Shown: positions 18,263 through 27,245, counted from the first letter of the stretch. The stretch is DNA of 32,000 nt from an uncultured Chloroflexia bacterium (GCA_963704755.1 OY969938.1:4830001-4862000), one strand, 5' to 3'. Made by a program: numbers and translations. The notes: generated from the letters alone by a model not told the origin.

Positions 18263-18823
18263 TTATTGTACGCGGGTGACATACTCTCCTGTGCGCGTAT
18301 CGATACGGATTACATCGCCTTCGCTAACGAAATTCGGTACTTGAACATGAACACCCAATTCGACAGTGATGTTCTTGGTGACACCGGTAGCTGTATCTCC
18401 CCGAACGGCGATGTCCGCCTGAACGACTTTCATATCAACCGTTGTCGGCAGTTCGATATCCAGAGCTTCAGTGCCGTAGAAGGTTAACTTCACTTCCATT
18501 TCTTCCTTCAGGAATCCGGCCAATTCTCCCAGGATCTCCTGGCGGATAGGGTATTGCTCGAAGGTTTCGGTGTCCATGAAATAGTAAAGCTCACCGTCGT
18601 TGTAAAGGTATTGAGCCATGTGGTATTCAAGACGGACATCTTGTACGCGGTCGCCGGAATTGAAAGTTTTTTCAATCGTAGAGCCGGTGCGGAGATTGCG
18701 GGCTTTGATACGGATGGTTGCGTTTCCACGACCGGGTTTGTGATGGCTGTATTCCAGTACTTTGTACAGGCTTTCGTCAATTTCGAAGGTAACACCTTTA
18801 CGGAGATCATTTACATCAATCAT
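18263..18823 (-). CDS. efp: Elongation factor P
   Basis: MIDVNDLRKGVTFEIDESLYKVLEYSHHKPGRGNATIRIKARNLRTGS, with three-domain length (186 aa). Confidence 0.95.
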   Translation of the reverse strand: MIDVNDLRKGVTFEIDESLYKVLEYSHHKPGRGNATIRIKARNLRTGSTIEKTFNSGDRVQDVRLEYHMAQYLYNDGELYYFMDTETFEQYPIRQEILGELAGFLKEEMEVKLTFYGTEALDIELPTTVDMKVVQADIAVRGDTATGVTKNITVELGVHVQVPNFVSEGDVIRIDTRTGEYVTRVQ

Positions 18824-18864
18824 ACATTTTAACCTTTTACTGAATTTCGTTAGACAACGGGTTG

Positions 18865-18893
18865 ATTATAGCGCACAGCAAGAGTAGTGACAA
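18865..18893 (-). promoter_or_regulatory. Sigma-70-type promoter for efp (TTGTCA-17 nt-TATAAT)
   Basis: The minus strand reads ttgtca ctactcttgctgtgcgc tataat, about 40 nt upstream of the efp ATG. Confidence 0.6.
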
Positions 18894-18947
18894 GGCAAGT
18901 AAAAAAGGGCCAAACTTGCCTGAACAGTCGCAAAAGTGAGCAAAATT

Positions 18948-18970
18948 GAGCCCGGGGGTTACCCGGGCTC
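18948..18970 (-). terminator. Hairpin terminator after hpf
   Basis: gagcccggg / ggtta / cccgggctc, followed by aattttgctc on the minus strand. Confidence 0.55.
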
Positions 18971-19000
18971 GGATTGAACGAAGCGGTTTAACGTCCGAAT

Positions 19001-19568
19001 TTATCCAATCTTGGGTTCGATCAAGCCATACGAACCGTCTCGACGCGTGTAAAGAACATTAATTGCGTTCGAATTGACGTTGTAAAAAACAAAGAAATTC
19101 TCATGGCCGAGCAGCTTCATTTGCTCGACTGCTTCCAACTCGTCCATAGGCACCATGGTGAAGACTTTCCGGCGAGCGATGAGCGGTAAGGCTTCGCCTT
19201 CTTCGCTGTCACCGTCGATCGGGACGGCCACTTCGGAAGCGGGGGTGCCATCTCCACGGCCATGCTGGCGTTTACCTTTATAACGCGAAATCTGCCGCTG
19301 CATTTTATCGACGGCCGCGTCGATCGCGGTGAACAGGTCATCCGCCCGTTCTTCGGAGCGCAGGATAAAACCTTTTCCACGCAGCGTAATTTGAGCGACC
19401 TGGCGGTCGGAGGCACTTCGTGCAGATTTTAAGTAGGCCAGTTCAACGCGAGTTCTCATCCAGGTCATTGATAAAACGATCGAACTTCGAAACCTTCTTG
19501 GTTACGTATGTCTGGAGCCGTTCTGTTACTTCCATGTTGCGGGCAAAGATATCAACTTTTTGGTCCAT
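19001..19568 (-). CDS. hpf: Long-form ribosome hibernation promoting factor, reading frame interrupted (needs a 1-nt correction near 19451..19457)
   Basis: ATG 19568 with a perfect AAGGAGG SD encodes MDQKVDIFARNMEVTERLQTYVTKKVSKFDRFINDLDENSR*, the HPF N-terminus. The rest (..RVELAYLK...LFTAIDAAVDKMQRQISRYK...LLGHENFFVFYN) lies in the +1 frame as ORF 19001..19468. Confidence 0.85.
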
Positions 19569-19628
19569 TGTAACCTCCTTATTTTATGCCCGGTGAAACA
19601 AGACCGGGTAATAACGACCAAGTATACC

Positions 19629-20375
19629 CTAATTTGTGTCTAGATGTACGGCACGCGCCAGGGTTAATGCAAAAATCTTGCACGCCCCGGCTTCGCGAAG
19701 CGCCAAAGCGCATGCGGATAATGTGGCGCCCGTGGTGGCGATATCGTCGATCACCAGGATGTTCTGCCCGGAACAGTTTTCCTTTTGGGCAGTGAATGCA
19801 CCGGAGACATTATCCAGGCGTTGGGGAGCCTCCAGCCCCACTTGTGATACCGTCTCTCGATTGCGGGTGACCAGAGCCGGGCGATAGGGAATTTTTACCG
19901 CCCAGGCAAGATTGCGGGCCAGCAGGCCGGATTGGTTATAGCCTCTCTCCTTTTTTCGCCTTTTGGAAAGAGGCACAGCGGTGATCAAGTCTATGGGCCA
20001 GCCGAGGAATTGGAATTCATCGACCAGATCCGCACTGAAGGTTTCAGCCAGCCCCAGGTCATTTTGAAACTTGAGCCGGTGAATCGCCTTCCGCAAAACA
20101 CCTTCATAAATGTAAACCGAGCGAAGCATATCAAATTCAGGCCCATGCCGGCTGCAATCCGGGCAGGGTTGGCCCGGCTCGAGCGGCAGGTCACAGGTTG
20201 GACAGGCGCGTTGATGCGGCACCGGCCGTAAGGTAGAGCGGCATTCAGCGCACCAACGCGTACCGGGTTTTCCACAACCTCCACAGCGGGGTGGATAGAT
20301 AAAATCAAGGACCGCCCATGCCATGTGGTTAATCTGATAGGCTGGTATTTTGGCCAGGCTATCCGGCATAGGCAC
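19629..20375 (-). CDS. comFC: ComF-family protein (ComFC; zinc-finger plus phosphoribosyltransferase fold)
   Basis: N-terminal CGGCG...CAEC/CPTC...CPDC Cys pairs, and the PRT motif ILVIDDIATTGATL. Confidence 0.85.
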   Translation of the reverse strand: MPMPDSLAKIPAYQINHMAWAVLDFIYPPRCGGCGKPGTRWCAECRSTLRPVPHQRACPTCDLPLEPGQPCPDCSRHGPEFDMLRSVYIYEGVLRKAIHRLKFQNDLGLAETFSADLVDEFQFLGWPIDLITAVPLSKRRKKERGYNQSGLLARNLAWAVKIPYRPALVTRNRETVSQVGLEAPQRLDNVSGAFTAQKENCSGQNILVIDDIATTGATLSACALALREAGACKIFALTLARAVHLDTN

Positions 20376-20468
20376 TCCTGATGGGTGAAGATCGAATCAA
20401 TTCAGCCCAGGAATGATCTCTGGACTGCTTACGTTACCAAAGAGGGTATTTTCTGACTGGCGGCCTTG

Positions 20469-21419
20469 TTATTGAAACATCCCGCCCAGGGCCGAGTGAA
20501 CTAACTGCAGGGCGGCGGGCGTTAACAAGACGATCATCAAAGAGGGGAAGATCAGCAGCGCCATCGGGATCAGCATCTTCAAAGGCGCTTTGTGGGCTTC
20601 CTCTTCGGCTAACTGGCGGCGGCGTACCCGCATCTGATCGGACTGGATGCGGAGCACCTTGGACATACTGACACCTAATTGCTCCGATTGGATAACCGCC
20701 GCGACAAAGCTGGTGATTTCAGGAATGCCGATCCGGTCGGCCATATCACGCAAGGCTTCGCGGCGGATCTTGCCGAGCTGAATTTCCTGGATTGCGCGGG
20801 CAAAGGCCAAGGAAAGCTCAGATTCCCATTTCTCACTGACTTTCGACATGGCTGCATCGAACCCCAGGCCGGCTTCGACGCAAATGGTCAGCAGGTCGAG
20901 GGCATCCGGCATGGCTTTGCGGACTTCTTTTTGGCGCTTGGAAATTTTACTGGTCAGCCAGAGCTGGGGGAAGAAAAAGCCCAGTACGGCAAATACCAGT
21001 GAGATGAGTGTGATCCGGCCGATCGACCAGTTGGTTTTACCGAGGGTGGAGACCAGCAGGACCAGGCCACCAAAGATGACGCCGGCGATGAACTGTAAAG
21101 CCAGGATCATGGTAGGGTCGAGCCGGGCCGGGCTGCCAGCCAATTCGAGTTTGCGGGAAATCGAATGAAGCGCATTTTGTGGCGTGAAGCGTATGGCTAC
21201 TTCACCTAACTTACGGGCAATCGGGTAGATTACCCGCTCTGAAAATGGCTGAGAAAGCTCCAGCTTGGTCAGGTCGATTTGTTCGCCTGTCTGGCTGAAT
21301 TCTTCCAGGCGCGCTTGCAATGCCCTTTGGTTCGCCAGTTCAGGGTTCCTCAAACCGATGACGGTCAGAATCACGGCGCCAAAAATGATTAAGACACCCA
21401 GAATAATAATAAAAGTCAT
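20469..21419 (-). CDS. tadC: Tad/Flp pilus platform protein TadC (T2SS F domain)
   Basis: T2SSF-type region (AMPDALDLLTICVEAGLGFDAAM) with N- and C-terminal TM segments. It follows tadB. Confidence 0.85.
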   Translation of the reverse strand: MTFIIILGVLIIFGAVILTVIGLRNPELANQRALQARLEEFSQTGEQIDLTKLELSQPFSERVIYPIARKLGEVAIRFTPQNALHSISRKLELAGSPARLDPTMILALQFIAGVIFGGLVLLVSTLGKTNWSIGRITLISLVFAVLGFFFPQLWLTSKISKRQKEVRKAMPDALDLLTICVEAGLGFDAAMSKVSEKWESELSLAFARAIQEIQLGKIRREALRDMADRIGIPEITSFVAAVIQSEQLGVSMSKVLRIQSDQMRVRRRQLAEEEAHKAPLKMLIPMALLIFPSLMIVLLTPAALQLVHSALGGMFQ

Positions 21420-21437
21420 ATCAGCCTCCCAGTATCC

Positions 21438-22403
21438 TTAAACCTCGATGTCGCCAAGCTTGGTCATCGTGAAATAACCGGCAATGATCAAGATAGCGGC
21501 GACGGCAAGGGCGATGTAACCGCAAGGAACATTTTCGGGATCAAAATACGTCATCATGTACGGCCGGTCCAGCAAATAAAGAATACCAATCACAAAGATT
21601 GGCAGGACGGCCAGGAATTTACCAGAATACATGACCTGAGTTGTCAACACACGAATTTCACCTTTGATCCGCACCCGTTCACGGATGGTGAAGGATATCG
21701 TGTCCAGAATTTCGGCCAGGTTACCACCGACCTCGCGCTGGACGTTGATGGCGGTGATCACCAGATCAAGGTCGTCTGAAGGGATACGTATGAGCAGGTT
21801 TTCGAGGGCGCGCTCCATAGTCACACCGAGCTGCATTTCCTGGACGACCCGGCGAAATTCATCGCAGATTGGGGCCGGCAGCTCTTTCGAAACGGCTTCC
21901 ATGGCTTGCATGGTTGAGTACCCGGCCCGCAGGCCGTTGACCATCAGGTTTAGCATATCCGGAAGCTGGTCGTTGAATTTAATCAAGCGGTTATTTTGCT
22001 GCCGGCGGATGTACATCCGGGGCAGATAAGCGCCGATGATCCCGCCAATGATGGCCACGAAAACGTTTCTACCGATGACAAAACCGACCGCGGCTACTAC
22101 CACAATCGCTATAGTGACCAGCGCAATATATTCGCCGGATTTAAATTTCAGGTCGGCCCGGGCCAGGTCTTGCTGGATACGGTCGCCCAATGAAGAGCGT
22201 TCTACCCGTTTATTCAGCCAATCGGTCAGGGGAGTGGATTTCACCCGGTCGGATTCCGCACCGAGAGCTTGCTGGGTCTCGACGTAACGTCCCAGGCGTT
22301 CTTCCACTATTGTACGTTCACTGCTGACGGAAACAATTATGCCCACGATTAGCAGCAAAATAGCGAAGACCCCACCACCGAGTAAAATTATTGCTGGACT
22401 CAT
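21438..22403 (-). CDS. tadB: Tad/Flp pilus platform protein TadB (T2SS F domain)
   Basis: T2SSF-type region (LPDMLNLMVNGLRAGYSTMQAME) with TM segments. It lies immediately downstream of cpaF. Confidence 0.85.
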   Translation of the reverse strand: MSPAIILLGGGVFAILLLIVGIIVSVSSERTIVEERLGRYVETQQALGAESDRVKSTPLTDWLNKRVERSSLGDRIQQDLARADLKFKSGEYIALVTIAIVVVAAVGFVIGRNVFVAIIGGIIGAYLPRMYIRRQQNNRLIKFNDQLPDMLNLMVNGLRAGYSTMQAMEAVSKELPAPICDEFRRVVQEMQLGVTMERALENLLIRIPSDDLDLVITAINVQREVGGNLAEILDTISFTIRERVRIKGEIRVLTTQVMYSGKFLAVLPIFVIGILYLLDRPYMMTYFDPENVPCGYIALAVAAILIIAGYFTMTKLGDIEV

Positions 22404-22455
22404 ATACTCACCTGCTTTCTATCCAGGGTAACCCCGTTTCTGGAGATAAATCCGT

Positions 22456-23865
22456 TTATCTCCTGCGTTCTCCCATACCCCAAATCGAAGGCGGCAAATG
22501 GATCCCGGCCGCTTCGATTTTGTCGTAAAAGCGGGGCCGCAAACCGGTGGGTCTCAACCGGCCCACGACTTTGCCGTTTTCGTACCCCGCCTGTTCAAAA
22601 ACGTAAATATCCGTCATGGTAATGATATCGCCTTCCATCCCGGAGACTTCAGTGATGTTGACGATTTTGCGCGTACCGTCTCGCAGCCTTTCCTGGTGGA
22701 CGACGACATCCAGGGCCGAAGCAACCTGCTCACGGACGGCGCGCATGGGCAGATCCATGCCGGCCATCAACACCATCGTTTCCAGGCGGGCCAGGGTATC
22801 GCGCGGGCTGTTCGAGTGCAGGGTGGTCATCGAACCATCGTGACCGGTGTTCATAGCCTGGAGCATATCCAGGGCGGCTTCGTCGCGGATCTCGCCGACG
22901 ATAATCCGGTCGGGACGCATACGCAGGGCGTTGATCACCAACTGGCGGATGGTTATCTCGCCGCGGCCTTCGATGTTGCTGGGGCGGGACTCCAGTGTGA
23001 CGACGTGTTCCTGGCGGAGCTGAAGCTCGGCCGCGTTCTCGATGGTGATGATCCGCTCATCGGACGGGATAAAACTGGAAAGGATATTCAGGAATGTCGT
23101 TTTTCCCGAACCGGTACCACCGGAAATAACGACGTTCAAACGGGCTTTAACGCAAGCATCCAGAAGCTGAATAGCTTCCGGAGTGATCGAGCCAAACTGG
23201 ACCAACTGATCGATGGTAATTGGGTTGCGAGCAAATTTTCGGATGGTCAGCACCGGCCCGACCAGTGAAATGGGTGGAATGACGGCATTCACACGAGAGC
23301 CATCCGGGAGACGAGCATCTACATAAGGCGAGGATTCATCGATACGGCGCCCTAACGGTGCTACGATGCGCTCAATAATGCGCATCACGTGCTCGTTGTT
23401 TTCGAAGGTCAACGGGGCGCGCTGAATTTTGCCGCGGCGCTCGACGTAGATGCTTTTGGCACCGTTGACCATGATTTCGGTGATGCTGTCGTCGTCCAGA
23501 AGGGGTTGGAGTGGGCCGAAGCCGAGGATTTCAGCTACGATCTGCTCGAACATGCGGGCTCTTTCTGGACGGGAGAGGACGATATTCTCTTCGGCCAGGA
23601 TTTGTTCGAATAAATCCTGGATGGTATTGCGAACTTCCGAAATCTTGGTGACGTCCATATTAACGTCCAGAGTCGAAAGGAGCTTGTTCTGGACGCGGGT
23701 TTTCAAATCCTGGTATGTATCCTGCGTGGTAGGTATCGTTGGAGCTGCGACACGCCGGGTGGTCGATAACGGACCGCTGCCATTGCGTTGGCCCGTGTTA
23801 CCAGCATTTTGCCCTGCCGGTTTGGGGCTATTGTTATCCCCCTGAATACGCTTTAAGATCGACAT
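22456..23865 (-). CDS. cpaF: CpaF/TadA secretion ATPase (T2SS E family)
   Basis: Walker [10 protein letters not shown], Asp/His boxes ([18 protein letters not shown]), and the disordered N-terminus typical of CpaF. Confidence 0.93.
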   Translation of the reverse strand: MSILKRIQGDNNSPKPAGQNAGNTGQRNGSGPLSTTRRVAAPTIPTTQDTYQDLKTRVQNKLLSTLDVNMDVTKISEVRNTIQDLFEQILAEENIVLSRPERARMFEQIVAEILGFGPLQPLLDDDSITEIMVNGAKSIYVERRGKIQRAPLTFENNEHVMRIIERIVAPLGRRIDESSPYVDARLPDGSRVNAVIPPISLVGPVLTIRKFARNPITIDQLVQFGSITPEAIQLLDACVKARLNVVISGGTGSGKTTFLNILSSFIPSDERIITIENAAELQLRQEHVVTLESRPSNIEGRGEITIRQLVINALRMRPDRIIVGEIRDEAALDMLQAMNTGHDGSMTTLHSNSPRDTLARLETMVLMAGMDLPMRAVREQVASALDVVVHQERLRDGTRKIVNITEVSGMEGDIITMTDIYVFEQAGYENGKVVGRLRPTGLRPRFYDKIEAAGIHLPPSIWGMGERRR

Positions 23866-23889
23866 CGGTTACCTTCCTTTGATGTACCT

Positions 23890-25125
23890 TTACTTTTTAC
23901 CAATCAATTCTTCCCGGCCGGTTTCCTCTTGCGAAATTTTCTTTTGCAAAATTTCGGCTAAGGACAGGAAATTCTTGCTGACGGGAAGCGACCTGTTTTC
24001 TAGAACGAAGGGGACCCCGCGGTTGACCGAATTGGGGATCGTCTTTTCTTCGAAGGGGATGGCCATCACAATTTCCTGGTGAAGGCTGTCGCCTACTTTT
24101 TCGGGGGTTATCTTCAATCGTTTGTCGAAGCGGTTCATGATGAAAAGGATACGATCTTTGATACCGATTGCAGATGCCAAAGAGAGGAAGAGGTTGCAGC
24201 TCTTAATCGATGGGATGTCCTGGGTGGTGATCAACACAATCTGATCCGCATTCTCGATGGCTGACTGAACGACGTCGGTGAGGTACGAGGCAGTATCTAC
24301 AATAACATAATTGTATAGCTGTTTGATGTATTGTAAAAGTGCCCCAAATTGCTCGCCAGTGACCAACTCGGCCAGTTCGGGTCGAGGCGGGCAGGCCAGG
24401 ATGTCCAGGTTGGAGGAGCTGTGTCTGACCACAACTTCTTCGACGATTTCCGGATCCAACTCGTCAACGCGCTGGGTCAGGTCGAGCAAGTTATTCTTGC
24501 CTTGCTCATTCAAGAGCACAGCCACGTCGCCGTATTGCAGGTTGCCATCCACCAGGATGACACGTGTATCGTTATGAAGGAGCGCGGCGGCCAGGTTGAC
24601 GGCCACAGTTGATTTGCCTACACCACCTTTCGGGCTGTAAACGACGATGACTTTGCCGCCCTGATAGGCCTGCTGGCCGGTAGAGCCGCCGCTGTCATTG
24701 GTGAGGTTGGTGAAGGGAGTTACAGATTTTGCCCTCTCATCGTAGGCCATTTGCCCGGCGCGTTTAACCGCCGAGACGAGGTCGTCGATCATGGGGGGTT
24801 TGGTGAGAAAGTCACGTGCGCCGGCTAACATAGCCCGGCGCATGTAACCTGGGTCGCTTTGAACGGATAAAACGATAATCTGGGTAAAAGGGACTTTTTT
24901 ACGGATCGTCTCGGTTGCCGATATGCCATCAATATCAGGCATATTGATATCCATGATAACAACGTCGGGTTTTAACTTACTCGCAGCTTCGATGGCCTCC
25001 CGGCCAGTTTGAGCAGTCCCGGCTACCTCGATGGTTGGCTCGAACTGCAACATGCGCCGAATACTATCGCGCGTTTCCTGGATGTCATCAACGATTAAAA
25101 CCCGAATTTTATCAGGCGTTGGCAT
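23890..25125 (-). CDS. cpaE: Response-regulator receiver domain fused to a CpaE/TadZ-like MinD/ParA ATPase
   Basis: The REC domain has VLIVDD, VIMDINMPDIDG, LSVQ and LTKP. It is followed by the deviant Walker A SPKGGVGKST. Confidence 0.85.
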   Translation of the reverse strand: MPTPDKIRVLIVDDIQETRDSIRRMLQFEPTIEVAGTAQTGREAIEAASKLKPDVVIMDINMPDIDGISATETIRKKVPFTQIIVLSVQSDPGYMRRAMLAGARDFLTKPPMIDDLVSAVKRAGQMAYDERAKSVTPFTNLTNDSGGSTGQQAYQGGKVIVVYSPKGGVGKSTVAVNLAAALLHNDTRVILVDGNLQYGDVAVLLNEQGKNNLLDLTQRVDELDPEIVEEVVVRHSSSNLDILACPPRPELAELVTGEQFGALLQYIKQLYNYVIVDTASYLTDVVQSAIENADQIVLITTQDIPSIKSCNLFLSLASAIGIKDRILFIMNRFDKRLKITPEKVGDSLHQEIVMAIPFEEKTIPNSVNRGVPFVLENRSLPVSKNFLSLAEILQKKISQEETGREELIGKK

Positions 25126-25179
25126 AAATTCTCCGCGTTGTAATCAATCAGGTATAACCGCTAAAATTGCCTTCCTTCT

Positions 25180-26326
25180 CTACGGGTTGGTTGAAGTAGA
25201 AGCGGCGGGAGTTGGAAGAGCGGGGAAGTCCAAAGAATCAACCCGCGGTTCCAATGCATACGGCAATTTAGCCGGCAGGGGGATGTTTTTCTGATCCATC
25301 AGGTACTGCTGCGTAACCGCATCGGTTACGATGGGCTGAGTATCCGACGGGTTTCTCAAGGCCAGGTTGATCGTAATGTTGTTCAGCAGAATATAGTTCA
25401 ACGAGACCGCATCCTGAGGGCTGACCACCAAAGTAACCGTGGTTGTGGTCGGCGAGGTTGTCGTCGTTGTCGTTGAGGTATTGGTCGTTTGCCCGGCTGC
25501 TGGGGTAGCTTGAATGACCGGGGCGGAATACTGGCCGAGCCGTAAAACGACAGCATCCTGGATAACCGTCTGGCACACCGTGCGCGGGCGTTGTTTTTCG
25601 CTGGGGATCAGGTACAGGGGGACGTTCAAGGTCGGGTCTAGTTCGGTCCGCCCCTGGATGGTTCCACCGGCTGTAAGCGTATCGCCTTCAGTTGAGGTGG
25701 TCCCACCGATCTGGTTAGAGCCGGCGCTGGACGATTCCGAAGCGGAACTGGTCGTTCCATTAGTACCCGTCGCGCCCGGAGAGATGATCTCATCGAGGGT
25801 ATCCGGCGATTCGGATTGGAAATCGGGATCCACATCGACCAGCATCATACAGCCAATGACCATCACATGGTCACCCGGAGCCAGCGCGTCAGCGACTGAA
25901 GTCAATTCCGTGACAGGTATAGGCATGGCCACAAAATCTACCGGTACATCGAACGAAGCAACCGAACCACCGGATGGCTCAATCAATTCGGATTTGGTTA
26001 AAGGAACGCCCGGATCGAGGTCGTATTTTGCGCGACTGCCGATAACCGTTGACATATCGGTGATAAACGTTCCCTGGACTAGCTTATCCTCAGGGTAATC
26101 TACGGTGGTCAACACATCGCTCGTAATTTCAGCACCACGGGGAATCGATTGTGCAGTAACGACGATGCTTACCATCTGAACTTCAGGGGTCGAGCTGGGG
26201 GGAGTTCTGGGCTGACGATCGTTGTTGTTGCATCTGGAGGTAAATGTATGCACCCCCTACAACAAGGATCAGGATCAATGCCACCAGGATTATTACCCGC
26301 CCACCTCTTCTACCTTTAGCGGCCAT
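25180..26326 (-). CDS. cpaB: CpaB/RcpC pilus assembly protein (SAF plus RcpC-like domains, Ser/Thr-rich inserts), frame interrupted at a C6 run
   Basis: ATG 26326 lies 7 nt after AGGAGG and encodes MAAKGRRGGRVIILVALILILVVGGAYIYLQMQQQRSSAQNSPQLDP*, a TM anchor. The remainder (VSIVVTAQSIPRGAEI... VTLVVSPQDAVSLNYIL) is ORF 25180..26253 in the +1 frame. The frames join if the G6 run at 26197..26202 is read as 5. Confidence 0.8.
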
Positions 26327-26466
26327 GGACATACCTCCTAACGGGATGTATTACTGAAAACGTGCGTGTGCATAGAGTGACCATATTATAAATCATTTCC
26401 TTCGTATAGGTTGCCGGTTCAATGATGACGGAAAGGGGAAAATTGGCACAATATCTATCTCCAATC

Positions 26467-26494
26467 ATTATATATCAGCCATTTACGAGTGCAA
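26467..26494 (-). promoter_or_regulatory. Candidate promoter for cpaB-tad operon (TTGCAC-16 nt-TATAAT)
   Basis: The minus strand reads ttgcac tcgtaaatggctgata tataat, about 135 nt upstream of the cpaB start. Confidence 0.35.
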
Positions 26495-26685
26495 GTGAAA
26501 TCAAATAGCCGGACGGTAATTTGAAAACTAGATGTAAGGGTAAACGAATAATTCGGCAGATTTGTTGCTCACAAAATTGTACAGCTTGGTGAAGGGTATC
26601 TATAAAGGTAAATTCACGGGTGGGATGCCCCCTCGATGAGCCTGGTCCCCGGTACTTGCCTGTTCGGCCAAAAACGCACCAGGTT

Positions 26686-26720
26686 AAAAATGATAGACCC
26701 TGTCTAAACAGGGTCTATCA
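26686..26720 (-). terminator. Intrinsic terminator after flp
   Basis: tgatagaccctg / tctaaa / cagggtctatca forms a 12-bp stem, followed by T5 on the minus strand. Confidence 0.8.
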
Positions 26721-26749
26721 TTTGCTCTTGAAAAGAGCTCGAGATTGGA

Positions 26750-26896
26750 TTAGATGCTACCGACGATGTTACTGAAAATGTTGCCAATGGCAGGCCCCAG
26801 CAGAGCAAGAATAACAATCACGACAACGGCTACCAAAACAAGAATCAAAGCATACTCTACAAGACCCTGACCTTTTTCCTTAGGAGCGAATAACAT
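26750..26896 (-). CDS. flp: Flp-family type IVb prepilin (48 aa; not in the ORF track)
   Basis: MLFAPKEKGQGLVEYALILVLVAVVVIVILALLGPAIGNIFSNIVGSI. It has the G/xxxxEY processing motif and a hydrophobic core. An AGGAGG SD lies 8 nt upstream. Confidence 0.9.
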   Translation of the reverse strand: MLFAPKEKGQGLVEYALILVLVAVVVIVILALLGPAIGNIFSNIVGSI

Positions 26897-26948
26897 TTTA
26901 GTCACCTCCTTTCCGCTCTCATTTAGGTAATTATCTTACCTGACATTA

Positions 26949-26976
26949 ATTATAGCGATAGTATGACCTAATTCAA
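26949..26976 (-). promoter_or_regulatory. Candidate flp promoter (TTGAAT-16 nt-TATAAT)
   Basis: The minus strand reads ttgaat taggtcatactatcgc tataat, about 50 nt upstream of the flp ATG. Confidence 0.5.
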
Positions 26977-27245
26977 GTCAAATTAATTACAGGCACCTTA
27001 CAAGTGAAGGCTGTTTGGTTAAGAAATTTATGGTAGCAAGAGAGCCATATCGGCCTTCCCTTTATAAAAATCATTTGTCAAAATCATATAGGAATGTAAG
27101 CCACTCGATCCCCCTGGGTTTTCGGACAATTGCTTGCAACCATTCACTTTCCTTTTTCGTAAATATTAACGAATGAGACAGAAAGCCATTCGCGAGGTAC
27201 TGGTGACGGTTTGTTATAGCGTAGATTAAGCTATAATCAATTTTA

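Noticed and set aside
18728-18745. EF-P tip residue is Arg (KPGRGNA) rather than the Lys modified by EpmA/B or the Bacillus pathway. This raised the question of EarP-type rhamnosylation.
   Set aside because: The loop lacks the EarP-type context (SGRNAA). Thermus-type EF-Ps also carry R32 in a similar loop. No modification gene is adjacent. This is not unusual enough to report as a finding.
18991-19005. Extra occurrences of TCCGAATT(T) at 18994 and 29441, considered as possible further element remnants.
   Set aside because: Only 8-9 nt match and there is no flanking similarity. One overlaps the hpf stop region and the other the sucC SD. Similar heptamers also occur inside coding genes (6601, 6960, 18340), so these are compatible with chance.
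19443-19470. Programmed +1 frameshift (prfB-like) as the explanation for the hpf frame break.
   Set aside because: There is no CUU-UGA-type slippery codon. The P-site codon CGU cannot re-pair in +1. No internal SD sits at the right spacing. An indel is the simpler explanation.
26341-26700. c-di-GMP or other riboswitch in the long leader upstream of cpaB, and additional small flp-like ORFs.
   Set aside because: Reading the minus strand showed no GEMM-like conserved helices or loops. No further ORF has a G/xxxxEY motif or an SD. Only weak local hairpins are present.
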